DNA from: an uncultured Candidatus Saccharibacteria bacterium
GTDB lineage: Bacteria; Patescibacteriota; Dojkabacteria; SC72
NCBI GenBank assembly: GCA_964560525.1
Contig: CAZLLO010000003.1
Location: 9,585 to 73,584 of the forward strand
Length of the DNA: 64,000 bases
Direction of reading: 5' to 3'
The position numbers and the translations under genes were made by a program. Below, piece by piece: positions 10,119-20,400 of the stretch; position 1 is the first letter of the stretch; each line of letters starts with the position of its first letter. The notes beneath the pieces were generated by a model, which worked only from the letters and a program-made list of their open reading frames with translations, made no database searches and was not told where the DNA came from.

Positions 10119-10589
10119 TTAATATCCCCAAGTTAAATGAATTATAATAATCGATTGTGCAATACTTGTTAAAAGTGTGCAAAGCAATACAAACTTAGTA
10201 AGTATCTTCTCTCGATTGTAATATTTTGCTGTAACAAAGAGGCCAACCAATATGTTAAATATGGTAATAGCGGGGAAGATAAAGAGAAGCCTCTTGTCTG
10301 CAAGACTATTGAGAGTGACAATGTAGTAATTTAGTACTGGTATGAGAGATGGAAGCTTTTCGTATGTTTGGTATATGATTAACCCTTGTTGCAAAGCCAT
10401 TACTATGTTAAAGACTAGTACAAACCAAAAGAAAGCATCTTTTAGAAATTTCTTAACTTCTAATTGTAAAAGGAGTCCATCCGTTTTTCCCTTTATCTTT
10501 AGGACTTTATTTTTGAATGGTTCTTTTATGCCTAGATCTAATTGTTTTACTTTTTCTTCCTTTACTTTAGGTTTAGGAGTACGTTTCAT
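10119..10589 (-). CDS. Hypothetical membrane protein (3 TM)
   Basis: Hydrophobic segments; TGnTATAAT 6 nt before the ATG; 1 nt from next gene. Confidence 0.7.
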   Translation of the reverse strand: MKRTPKPKVKEEKVKQLDLGIKEPFKNKVLKIKGKTDGLLLQLEVKKFLKDAFFWFVLVFNIVMALQQGLIIYQTYEKLPSLIPVLNYYIVTLNSLADKRLLFIFPAITIFNILVGLFVTAKYYNREKILTKFVLLCTLLTSIAQSIIIIHLTWGY

Positions 10590-10608
10590 TTTCCAATTAT
10601 ATCAAACT

Positions 10609-11349
10609 CTAGGATAGGTTGGTAAAAATATCTATGTACTGCTCTAATGTAAGCTCAGAGGGGCGTTTCGTGAGTAAGGCGAGATATTTTTCATCAATAT
10701 CTCTTCCCTTGAGGTTGTTTCTTAAAGTTTTTCTTGGAGATTTGAAGCTTTGTTCTACAAAAGAAAGAAATTTTTGGATATCAAAAGCATATACACTATT
10801 TAATGGTGAGAATGTAACATAGCTACTAGTTACTTTTGGGCTTGGCATGAAAGAACCAGGACTAATATCTAATATTTTCTTCACATTTGCATACAGCTGT
10901 GTACGTAATGATAATATATTGTTGTCTGGTGCCTTTGCAGTATATTTCTCGGCTACTTCTTTTTGGATTATGAAATATGCGGAACTATTGAAAAAGAGAG
11001 AAGCTATTATCTTTTGTATAATTGGCTTACTGACGTTGTATGGAAGGGAACCAAAGAATGTTATTTTTTTATTCTTAAACTGTTCTAACTCTGTCATATC
11101 CCAATCAAGAAAGTCTTGATTAAGTATGATTGTTGCTGGATATTCTTCCTGTAGACTTCTTGCTAACTCATCATCCTTTTCAATTAACAGTAGATTAGAG
11201 GATAGATTACGAAGCTTCTTGGTAAAGAAACCTCTTCCAGGGCCAACTTCTACGATAATATCGGGATTATCTTTCTCAACATATTGAATAATCTGCTTTC
11301 CAAGATTTTCATTTATGAAGAAGTTCTGCCCAAGTGATTTCTTTATCAT
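10609..11349 (-). CDS. rsmA: 16S rRNA m6,2A dimethyltransferase
   Basis: KKSLGQNF, VEVGPGRG, GSLPYN, QKEVA, FMPSPKVTS, RKTLRNNL. Confidence 0.95.
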   Translation of the reverse strand: MIKKSLGQNFFINENLGKQIIQYVEKDNPDIIVEVGPGRGFFTKKLRNLSSNLLLIEKDDELARSLQEEYPATIILNQDFLDWDMTELEQFKNKKITFFGSLPYNVSKPIIQKIIASLFFNSSAYFIIQKEVAEKYTAKAPDNNILSLRTQLYANVKKILDISPGSFMPSPKVTSSYVTFSPLNSVYAFDIQKFLSFVEQSFKSPRKTLRNNLKGRDIDEKYLALLTKRPSELTLEQYIDIFTNLS

Positions 11350-11350
11350 T

Positions 11351-12280
11351 TTAATCTATTCTAAAATCCCAAATATTTTCTTTCTTAGAGTATTCTCTCT
11401 TACATTCTTCACATACAGCTTTGTTGTTACTAAATTTCAAGGTTCCGTGGCACTGTGGGCATACTAAGATATCTTCCAACTTACCACTTTTCACTTTTGG
11501 CATAGCAGCTTTTGTAGCTATAGCTTCAAATATTACACTAGGTGGAAAATTTGTAAAGGAAAAGAGTGTTTGTAAAGCATATTCAATTCTTAAAAGAATA
11601 TTATCTCCAAGCATCTTTTTTAATTTGGGAGATCTTAAATATGAACATCCATGCTTTGATTGTATCTTGAATCCATTGTTTCTGAGGCTTTCTCTGACAT
11701 ATGCAGGATGAAAATTGACAAAGATAGTCTGTTCCCCAGTCTTTGTGCCCTCAAAATTCATTGAAGTTGGTTGTTGATATGGAGCTTTTGAAAGTAGACT
11801 TAGATTTAGGTGGAATATAGCCCTAAATACTGCTTTAACATTAACTTTGTTTGCAAATTCCTGAATATATGTTGCTTGACTTGCAAGTATTCGATTTAAT
11901 TCTTTGAAGTATGTTTGTGGTTCTAGTATGTGATGTAGGACTCTTACCATTATTGCACCATCAAAAGAACCCTGCCTGAAGGGCATGTGGTATGCGTTAG
12001 CTGCGATTAATTCAATATTTGGGTACTTCTTCTTTAGTGTGGGGTAATTGCGCTGTAGAGTCTTAAGCGAGTAATCAAGGATAACGGGGGATGAGTACTT
12101 ATCGTAGTATGTAGATGCCAATCTCCCGTAAGAACCACCTATATCTAAAAACCAATTTCCTTTCTTGTTTAAAAATAGTTTGTTAAAAATATGTCTTTCA
12201 GCTTTGTCTTCATATATACGTGCTTTCCAGTAAGAAGCATAATCATAGTCAAAAAGATCGTAATCAGATACTCTTGTCAT
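11351..12280 (-). CDS. Class I SAM-dependent methyltransferase with C-terminal Trm112-like zinc ribbon
   Basis: FLDIGGSYGR, MPFRQGSFD, VRVLHHI; C-terminal LEDILVCPQCHGTL...CEECKREY...IWDF. Confidence 0.8.
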   Translation of the reverse strand: MTRVSDYDLFDYDYASYWKARIYEDKAERHIFNKLFLNKKGNWFLDIGGSYGRLASTYYDKYSSPVILDYSLKTLQRNYPTLKKKYPNIELIAANAYHMPFRQGSFDGAIMVRVLHHILEPQTYFKELNRILASQATYIQEFANKVNVKAVFRAIFHLNLSLLSKAPYQQPTSMNFEGTKTGEQTIFVNFHPAYVRESLRNNGFKIQSKHGCSYLRSPKLKKMLGDNILLRIEYALQTLFSFTNFPPSVIFEAIATKAAMPKVKSGKLEDILVCPQCHGTLKFSNNKAVCEECKREYSKKENIWDFRID

Positions 12281-13996
12281 TTAGGTAGTTTTTAACAGTT
12301 TAGTTATTTTCATCATTTGCTGCATGAGCTTTTCTGTTTTAACAGAGTCATTGCTTTCTTCGGCCATCGCTATTCTAGCACTTAATGTCTTTTGTCGTCT
12401 TGTAAGATAGTCTTTCTTTAATCTTTGCATTACAGTAGCCAATTGCTTCTCAATGTCTTCTTCTATTTCTGTAGATCTAAATATAATCTCTTCGATCAAA
12501 ATCTTCTGTGTTGAATCATTATTAAATAGCGAGACAATATCTTTAATATCTCTTTTTCCAGAGTGTTTGATCATGAGATACATTTCTCGAAGCATAGGGG
12601 ATGAAATATATCTACTTGGAATATGATATTTGCCCATATCTCCGTCTGCGTATATCAATAATTGCAGATACATTTTTTCTAACAAATCACTATTTGATTT
12701 CACGAGAAAGCCTTTAGTGTTAGTACTTGTGCTATTCTGTTTCTTGTTTACGTACTTTGGTTCGGTAATATCAAGCTTTGTGAGTAATTTTACCTTTTCA
12801 GTATAGTGTTTTAGAAGTGTAGCATTTGTAATATGACTAAACAGGTCTTTAATAAAGAGTTGCGTTTGTGTCAGGTCTTCTAGTTTATTAAGATCTTTGT
12901 CCTGTAGGTAGTTAGTTAATATGTATGAGAACGCTTCTTGCTTATTTTCAATTAGTGTTGCTAATTTCTTTTCATCTTTCTGGAGCATCTCGTCAATATC
13001 TTTGTATGGTGATGCATTGGCTGTATATGGGTAGAGATTAAGCTCGGAGGCTAGTTTAAAGGCTCTAACTATTGCTGCCTGACCAGCACTGTCGCTATTG
13101 AAAAACAGAAGAATGTTTCTACTTAAACGAGAGAGATTCTCTAATTGCTCTTTTGTTAATCCTGTCCCAAGTGGAGCGACTATGTTTCTCACTCCATATT
13201 GGTGTGCTGCTATGACTTCTGCCTGTCCCTCGCATAGTATTGCTAGGTCGTTTTTGCGAATCTCCTGACGAGATTCGTATTGCCCAAAAAGATTATCTTT
13301 CTTGTGAAATATAGGTGAGTCTGGGGAATTCATATATTTAGGGCCATAATCATTGCCAGGTAGAATTCTACCCGAAAAACCAATAACAGATCCTTTTGTA
13401 GAACGTATTGGGAACATTATTCTATCGTAGAACTTTTCCTTTAAAATGCCATTTTTATCAACAAATAGACCAGAGGTAATTAACTCTTCTTTTGTGTATT
13501 TATTTACACTCTTTTTGATATATTCCGTAAGCTTTGGATATCTTGGAGCATATCCAATGCCAAATTGTTTAATAGATTCTTCTGAAAACCCACGCCCTTT
13601 TATATACTGTGAAGCAATGGTGCTTTTTCGGAATTCATTATAGTAGTACTTCGCTGCTAAATAGTTTATATCTTCTAGTCTTGAATACTTAGGATTTTTT
13701 TGAAACTTCTTTAGTTCTACACCTGCTTGTTTGGCTAGTTTCTCAAGTGCTTCTGGGAAGTCAAGGTTTTCAATCTTTTGTACAAAGTTAAAAATATCTC
13801 CTGTCTCTCCACATCCGAAGCATTTATATCTTTGTATATCAGGGCTCACGATGAATGAGGGTGTCTTTTCATGATGGAATGGGCATAATCCAGAGAAATT
13901 TTTACCAGATTGTTTTAGATGAACATATTTCTCAACGACCTGTACAATATCAAGTCGGTTTTTTATCTCTTCTATTTGATTAGAATCATTATCCAT
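12281..13996 (-). CDS. dnaG: DNA primase
   Basis: CPFHHEKTPSF..CFGC zinc-binding domain, RIMFPI, FSGR, PKYMNSP, TOPRIM with atypical acidic residues. Confidence 0.93.
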   Translation of the reverse strand: MDNDSNQIEEIKNRLDIVQVVEKYVHLKQSGKNFSGLCPFHHEKTPSFIVSPDIQRYKCFGCGETGDIFNFVQKIENLDFPEALEKLAKQAGVELKKFQKNPKYSRLEDINYLAAKYYYNEFRKSTIASQYIKGRGFSEESIKQFGIGYAPRYPKLTEYIKKSVNKYTKEELITSGLFVDKNGILKEKFYDRIMFPIRSTKGSVIGFSGRILPGNDYGPKYMNSPDSPIFHKKDNLFGQYESRQEIRKNDLAILCEGQAEVIAAHQYGVRNIVAPLGTGLTKEQLENLSRLSRNILLFFNSDSAGQAAIVRAFKLASELNLYPYTANASPYKDIDEMLQKDEKKLATLIENKQEAFSYILTNYLQDKDLNKLEDLTQTQLFIKDLFSHITNATLLKHYTEKVKLLTKLDITEPKYVNKKQNSTSTNTKGFLVKSNSDLLEKMYLQLLIYADGDMGKYHIPSRYISSPMLREMYLMIKHSGKRDIKDIVSLFNNDSTQKILIEEIIFRSTEIEEDIEKQLATVMQRLKKDYLTRRQKTLSARIAMAEESNDSVKTEKLMQQMMKITKLLKTT

Positions 13997-14028
13997 ATAT
14001 TGATTATAGCATCTTACTAGGGGAAGTT

Positions 14029-14958
14029 TTATTCACACTTGAGCGTTTGCTCTTCTATGGTACATGTTATTTCTGCAACACCTGTTGTACTATTTGTTTT
14101 CCAAGTTAATGGCTCGTCATTCATATATATATTTGTGTTTTTTACCTTACCAGTAATAATGTAAAATTTCTGTTTTACATCATATGTTTGTTTAGATGGT
14201 TGTACTACCTGTGCTAGTTTGTTTTTATTATCTATATCAAGTTTTATCCAAGAAGAGGAATCTTTGACTTCAACTGTTAGGGTAAAGGTTTTCTCAACTG
14301 GTTGTGCATTTGGATCTATTTCTGGTTTTGTATATGTAATTTTTCTAATCTCTACAGTTTCCAACACGTTATTACTATTCCTTTTTGCTTTTATGGTTAT
14401 TATGTTGATTCCTTCTTTTAGTGTCATATCTTTTTGAAAGTTTCCATGATCATCTACATCTGTAGCAGAATCGTTAATTTCTATGGTGGCGTCAGTGGCT
14501 GTGGTTCCTTTTACAGTAAGTAATTCTTGGTTTGTTATGCTCTCATTTATGGGTTGCTCAATATTTAATTTGGGTGGGCTTTGAAATTTGTATATTTGAA
14601 AACCAATATATCCTAATACGGCGATCAAAAACATTACTGAAAGGATGGTTACAATGTTTTTAGGTGTTAAGAAGTTGCTTTTGAAGCTGAAAAGCTTACT
14701 CTTTTTCTCAAATTTGATCTTTCTTTGTGGTTTACTTCGCCTATATATGGCTAGTATTTTCTCTGTATCAAGGTCCAAATATTTTGAATATATTTTGATG
14801 AAGCCTGTTAGGAAAATTTCTGAATCAAATTTATCAAAATCATTAGATTCTATGTATTGTAGAAAACGTTTTTGAATTTTGGTTTCTTGAGAAGCAAGGT
14901 CTAAGCTTCTACCAAGGGTTCCTCTTTTCTCTTTTAAAACTTCACCTGCGGTTATCAT
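14029..14958 (-). CDS. RodZ-like protein (HTH + TM + Ig-like domain)
   Basis: GEVLKEKR..TKIQKRFLQYIE..FLTGFIKIYSKYL HTH; TM; LKEGINIITIKA Ig-like; downstream of ftsK as is usual for rodZ. Confidence 0.75.
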   Translation of the reverse strand: MITAGEVLKEKRGTLGRSLDLASQETKIQKRFLQYIESNDFDKFDSEIFLTGFIKIYSKYLDLDTEKILAIYRRSKPQRKIKFEKKSKLFSFKSNFLTPKNIVTILSVMFLIAVLGYIGFQIYKFQSPPKLNIEQPINESITNQELLTVKGTTATDATIEINDSATDVDDHGNFQKDMTLKEGINIITIKAKRNSNNVLETVEIRKITYTKPEIDPNAQPVEKTFTLTVEVKDSSSWIKLDIDNKNKLAQVVQPSKQTYDVKQKFYIITGKVKNTNIYMNDEPLTWKTNSTTGVAEITCTIEEQTLKCE

Positions 14959-14975
14959 ATTGCCAATTCTACTAC

Positions 14976-17210
14976 TTATTCACCGAACTCGTCACTACTT
15001 GATTGGGAAGTTTTCAGAATTTGACTTGGTGATGATACTAAAACTTGTCTAGGCTTACTTCCATCTTGTGGACCGATGGCGCCTGCATCATAGAGTTCAT
15101 CTATTAACCTTGCGGCCTTGTTGTAACCTATTTTCATTTTTCTCTGCAAGAATGATGATGATGCCTTTTGATTATTAATGACAATTTCTAAGGCTACTGG
15201 GAAATCAGGATCTCTTTCAGTACTTCCATTTGCACCAGAGGTAGATGGACCTTTTTCTATTGCTTGTGCTAAATCCTCAGAATATTCTACATCCTCTTCG
15301 TTTACCTGCTCTTTTACTGCATTTATTACATTGTCACCATCTTGAGTAGATGTAAACGTACCTTGGATTCTTACTGGTTTTGGAGTTGTTTGATCCTTGA
15401 AGAGCATATCACCGTTTCCAAGTAGTGTTTCTGCACCTGTATCGTCTAGGATAACTCTTGAATCCATAGCTGTAGCTACTGCAAAGGCCATTCTTCCTGG
15501 GACATTTGCTTTGATTAGTCCAGTAATGACATTAACGGTTGGTCTTTGCGTTGCAAGTATTAGATGCACACCAACGGCTCTTCCCATTTGTGCAAGTCTT
15601 TGAATCTTTGCTTCTACATCTACACCTGAGGTAAGCATTAAGTCTGCCATTTCATCTATTACTACTATGATATATGGCATTGCAGTATATCCAAGTATTT
15701 TGTTGTATTCAGTTAATTTCTTAGCGTGTACTTGTTTTAATTGTCTGTATCTCCTCATCATTTCGTCTATTGTCCATTGTAGAGCGTTGACGACTAGCTC
15801 CATGTCTGTAATCACGGGATTGAGTAAATGAGGAATCCCATTATATGCTGCCATCTCTACACCCATCTTAGGATCAATCATGATGAACTTAACCTCGTCA
15901 GGTGTTTTAGTCATTAGAAGTCCTGTTATTAATGAGTTAATAGCTACGGATTTACCAGTACCTGTAGCTCCAGCTACTAAAAGATGTGGAATTTTACTTA
16001 GATCTCTAATTGCAGTTTTACCAGTAATGTCTTTCCCAAGTATTAATGGTAATTCATATTTTTCTGATTCCTGCCTCAGTTTCTTTATCATATCTCTTGT
16101 ATATACATAGTTTGGAGTTGGATTTGGAATTTCTACACCTACATATGAAGTACCTGGAATAGGAGCTTCCACTCTTACGGATGATGATTGAGAAGCTAAT
16201 GCTAAAGCTAGGTCGTTACTAAGATTTTTAATTCTTGAAACCTTGATACCGACGCTAATTCCTAAAGAGAACCTCAAAACTGTTGGTCCTACGGCGATTT
16301 CTACTACTTTTGCAGGAATGCCAAAGCTTTTTAATGTTTGTTCTATGACCAAAGCTTTCTTTTTGTAGAGCGTAGCATCTTGCTTTTGTACTTCTCCCTC
16401 CTGCAGTATATCTATATTTGGAAATACCCAGTTCGTAAACTTTGGTCTTGCAGGTTCTGAAAGCTCTTTAGTTGTTGTTTGAGAATCAGGGAGATCTTCT
16501 GGAAACTCATCTTGCTGTTGTGTTCTAATCTCAGGTTCTTTGTATACTTCTTCTTCCTTTCGACCATCTTGCTCGTCATACATCTTGATTTGAGGTTCTT
16601 TCTCCATATCTTCCATAGGGAGATTGATATTGGAGGGAGTATTATCATTTTCAACACTAAATCTAGAGAAAAATTCTCTAAAGCTAAATTTCCCATTTGA
16701 ATCTTTGTTCATGGGTGTTTCTACAAACTGCATAATCTGCTCTAGTGTTGTACCAGTTATTAAGGAGAAGGCAATTATTAAGAGAATTAATACTATTATT
16801 ATCTCAATCAAATTCCCAAACATCCCATTGAGAGCTAGATGGAACATTTTTCCAATCTCTCCTCCTGCTCCGCGTAGTGCTTCTTCACTATTTAGTTGGT
16901 CGGCTGTTTGCCAAAAGGATAGCAATGTACTCAAACATGCAGAGAAAAGAAGTAAACCACCAGATTGTCTTAATGATTTAAACTTCTTACTTCTTGTCAA
17001 CAAAAAGAAAGATAGATATATGAGTAATATCCCCCATGAAATGGAAGAATATCCAAGCTTAAGTGTTATACCATCAAAAAGGGGTGTTTCTTGAGGTATG
17101 AAAGAGGACAATGCAATTGTTAGGCCAAGCACAAAAAGTATTATCCCAAAGAGAATTCTTACTTCGCTACTTTGAATTGTTATTGGCTCTTTTTTCTTTT
17201 TTCTGGGCAT
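14976..17210 (-). CDS. ftsK: DNA translocase FtsK/SpoIIIE
   Basis: N-terminal 4 TM; PHLLVAGATGTGKS, VVIDEMADLM, LATQRP, LLGNGDML, gamma domain LQRKMKIGYNKAARLID. Confidence 0.96.
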   Translation of the reverse strand: MPRKKKKEPITIQSSEVRILFGIILFVLGLTIALSSFIPQETPLFDGITLKLGYSSISWGILLIYLSFFLLTRSKKFKSLRQSGGLLLFSACLSTLLSFWQTADQLNSEEALRGAGGEIGKMFHLALNGMFGNLIEIIIVLILLIIAFSLITGTTLEQIMQFVETPMNKDSNGKFSFREFFSRFSVENDNTPSNINLPMEDMEKEPQIKMYDEQDGRKEEEVYKEPEIRTQQQDEFPEDLPDSQTTTKELSEPARPKFTNWVFPNIDILQEGEVQKQDATLYKKKALVIEQTLKSFGIPAKVVEIAVGPTVLRFSLGISVGIKVSRIKNLSNDLALALASQSSSVRVEAPIPGTSYVGVEIPNPTPNYVYTRDMIKKLRQESEKYELPLILGKDITGKTAIRDLSKIPHLLVAGATGTGKSVAINSLITGLLMTKTPDEVKFIMIDPKMGVEMAAYNGIPHLLNPVITDMELVVNALQWTIDEMMRRYRQLKQVHAKKLTEYNKILGYTAMPYIIVVIDEMADLMLTSGVDVEAKIQRLAQMGRAVGVHLILATQRPTVNVITGLIKANVPGRMAFAVATAMDSRVILDDTGAETLLGNGDMLFKDQTTPKPVRIQGTFTSTQDGDNVINAVKEQVNEEDVEYSEDLAQAIEKGPSTSGANGSTERDPDFPVALEIVINNQKASSSFLQRKMKIGYNKAARLIDELYDAGAIGPQDGSKPRQVLVSSPSQILKTSQSSSDEFGE

Positions 17211-17313
17211 TTTCAAGTATATAATAAAGTAAATTTGAGATTTTTACAAAGTACATATATACCATACAATACAGAAGGTTTTAAGGGAATAGTGAAAAGA
17301 GTGTTAAAAACCT

Positions 17314-17342
17314 TTGACTAATACATATAAATGTGTTAATAT
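17314..17342 (+). promoter_or_regulatory. Sigma-70 promoter of rpoBC
   Basis: TTGACT-17 nt-TAATAT with extended -10 TG. Confidence 0.65.
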
Positions 17343-17358
17343 CCTTCGAGTTCCTAAG

Positions 17359-17445
17359 TTTTTGCGTTACAATGCGGTATATTTACTATGGTTCGCAGGA
17401 ATCATAATCCGCTTGCATGCAAGAGTAATATGTTATAACATTACT
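17359..17445 (+). promoter_or_regulatory. Structured 5' leader of rpoB (candidate cis-regulatory RNA)
   Basis: Nested stems TTTTTGCGT/ATGCAAGAG, GCGG/CCGC, TATGGTTC-GCAG-GAATCATA with G-U pairs; second hairpin AGTAAT/ATTACT. Confidence 0.5.
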
Positions 17446-17458
17446 AAAATATCGTCTT

Positions 17459-20400
17459 ATGATCAAACCTCAAAGTAATAGGTCCGGTAGAATAGATTTG
17501 GGACTAGGGTACTCTTCGGGTACAGACTTCCCAAGCTTAATTGAAGCACAAAATGCTTCATTTTTAGATTTTTACAAAGTTGGATTCCAAAGGCTTTTCT
17601 CAGAGATAAATCCTGTTAAGGATACTATGGAGAAGATGTGGACACTGGAGTTCAAAGATTTCCGATTTGGTAAGCCATATAGAACCATAGAAGAAGCTAT
17701 TGCTAAGGGCTTGTCATATGAGGAACCTGTATATGCAAAAGTTCAATTACTTAATAATAAGACTGGAGAAATAAAAGAGCAGGAAATTTTCATCGCTGAT
17801 TTGCCAATAATGACTGAAGATGGTGTATTTGTATTTAATGGTGTTAGAAGAGTTGTTACTCACCAGATCGTTAGAGCTGAGGGTGTTTTGTATGAGGTAG
17901 ACGAGAAATTACCAACAAGAACATTACACAAGGTTAGATTAATGCCTGGTAGAGGTCCATGGTATGAGATTGATACTAACAAGCACAATGTTATATCAAT
18001 GAGAGTGCTTCCTAAGCGACCTAAGGTTTTGATTACTGAGCTTTTGAGAATATTTGGATGGGAAACAGATGATGAAATTAGAAAATTGTTTGCAGATGTA
18101 GATACAGATGCGGAGAACAAATATATAGAGGCAACATTAGCAAGAGATTTCACAAAGAGTAAGGAAGAGGCAGTTATCAGTGTTTACAACAAATTAAGAC
18201 CAGACGAGTCTGTCACTATAGATAGTGCAGAGAAATATATTAAGAGTAACTTCTTTAATGTTAGAAAGTTTGATCTAGGTAGAATTGGTAGATACCAGTT
18301 AAACAGAAAATTAGGTACTTCATACAATATAGATAATCCTGATGAAGTAATGCTATACCCTAAGGATGTAGTTTTGATTGTTAAGAGATTAATCCAGATC
18401 AATAATGGTGTAATCCCTGCTGATGATATCGATCACCTATGTAATAGAAGAATTAGAAGTGTTGGAGAAATATTAGAGAGACAGTTAAATGCTGGAATCA
18501 GAAGACTAGAGAAAAATATTAAGGATAAAATGAGTTTGTATGGCCAAGATGCTAAGGTCACTCCTTCTATGTTAGTTGGAACTAAGCCAATCGCAGCTTC
18601 CATTCAATCATTCTTTGGAGCAAATGCATTATCAAGCTTCATGGATCAGACCAATATCCTTTCTGAATTAGAGAATAAGAGAAAAGTAACTGCAGGTGGT
18701 CCTGGTGGTATCACAAAAGAGAGAGCAACTTTCTCAATTCGTGAAGTCCACAATTCACACTACTCAAAGTTTGACCCAGTAACCAGTCCTGAAAGTGCAA
18801 ATATTGGTGTTGTTACTCAACTCGCAATGTTAGCTAGAATCAATGAATTTGGTTTCTTAGAAGCACCATATAGAAGAGTTGTTAAATGTGTAAAGAATAA
18901 TAAAGCAGTATTGGAAAATAGAATTCTTTCAGAAGCAGTTGTTTCTAACAAGAAAACAGTTGCAAAGGCAGGTACAACAATAGATAAAGCGTTAGCAGAA
19001 AAAATTGCAGCAATCAAAGATATTAAAGAAGTAAAAGTTAAACCTTTCATCTCTGATGAAGTCGTTTACTTTGATGCTATGGATGAAGAAGGCTTCTATA
19101 TCTCTTCTGCAACTGTTAAAGCAGATGAGTGTGGAAATATTACAGATAAATTAGTACCTGTAAGACACAAGGGTGACTTTGTATTGGAAGATGTAGATGC
19201 AGTTGATTTTGTTGATGTATTAGCAGGTCAGCAAGCAGGTCTTGGTATGGCATTGGTTCCATTTGTATCACACAATGACGCAATGAGAGCCTTAACTGGT
19301 GCAAACCAACAGAGACAGGCTGTTCCTTTGGTAAAACAAGAAAGTCCATTAATTGGTACTGGAATGGAAGAAACAGTTGCAAGACAATCTTCATGGGGGA
19401 TCTTTGCTGAGGATGATGGAGAGGTTTACTATGTTGATGCTAAGAAACTATCTGTTAAATACAAGAAATTAGGGTTAAAAGACTATGATTTAATCTCTTT
19501 CTACAGAAGTAATGACAATACATGCTTCACACAAAAGCCAGCTATAAATGCAGGAGATACATTTAAAAAAGGTGATGCATTGGTTGATGGTCCCACAATG
19601 GTAAATGGAGAACTCTCATTGGGCATCAACTTGAAAGCAGCATTAATGTTCTACGAAGGATATAATTATGAGGATTCAGTAATCATCTCCGAGAGAATTG
19701 TACGAGATGACCTACTAACCTCTGTTCATATTAGAGAACATACCGTTGCTGTACGTGATACAGAATTAGGTCCTGAGACAATTACTGCAGATATTCCTCA
19801 TGTAAATGACAGAATTCTACAAAAATTAGATATGCAAGGTATTGTTAGAACAGGTGTTAAAGTTAAAGCAGGTGATATTCTCGTAGGTGTAGTTGCACCA
19901 AGAGGAGAAAAAGAATTAACAGCTGAAGAGCGATTACTAAGAGCAATCTTCGGAGAATCTGCAAGTGATGTTAGAGATAACTCACTTAGAATGCCTCACG
20001 GAGAAGAAGGAATTGTTGTTAGAAGCCAGATATTGTCGGCAAGTAAGGGTGATAAATTACAGCCAGGAGTATTACACGAAGTAAAAGTCTGGGTTGCAGA
20101 TACCAAGAAAGTTGACTATGGTGACAAATTAGCAGGAAGACACGGAGACAAGAACACAATCGCAGCTATCAGACCTATTGAAGATATGCCATTTACTGAA
20201 GATGGAGAACCTGTTGATATTGTACTAACACCAACATTCTTAAAGAGAATGAACATGGGACAGGCAACAGAAGTTCACTTTGGAAGGTATGCTAAAGAGT
20301 TAAATCAGAAACTTTCGTTCCCAATCTTTGAAGGTGAAAATCTTGAATGGTTGAAGAATGAGATGGAAAAAGCGAAGTTAAATATGGATCAGAAAGTTGA

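Noticed and set aside
9378-10136. 252-aa plus-strand ORF (likewise 5764-6399, 7468-7965, 16624-17094, 26199-26669 and other short track ORFs)
   Set aside because: Antisense shadows of well-supported genes, with no motifs of their own
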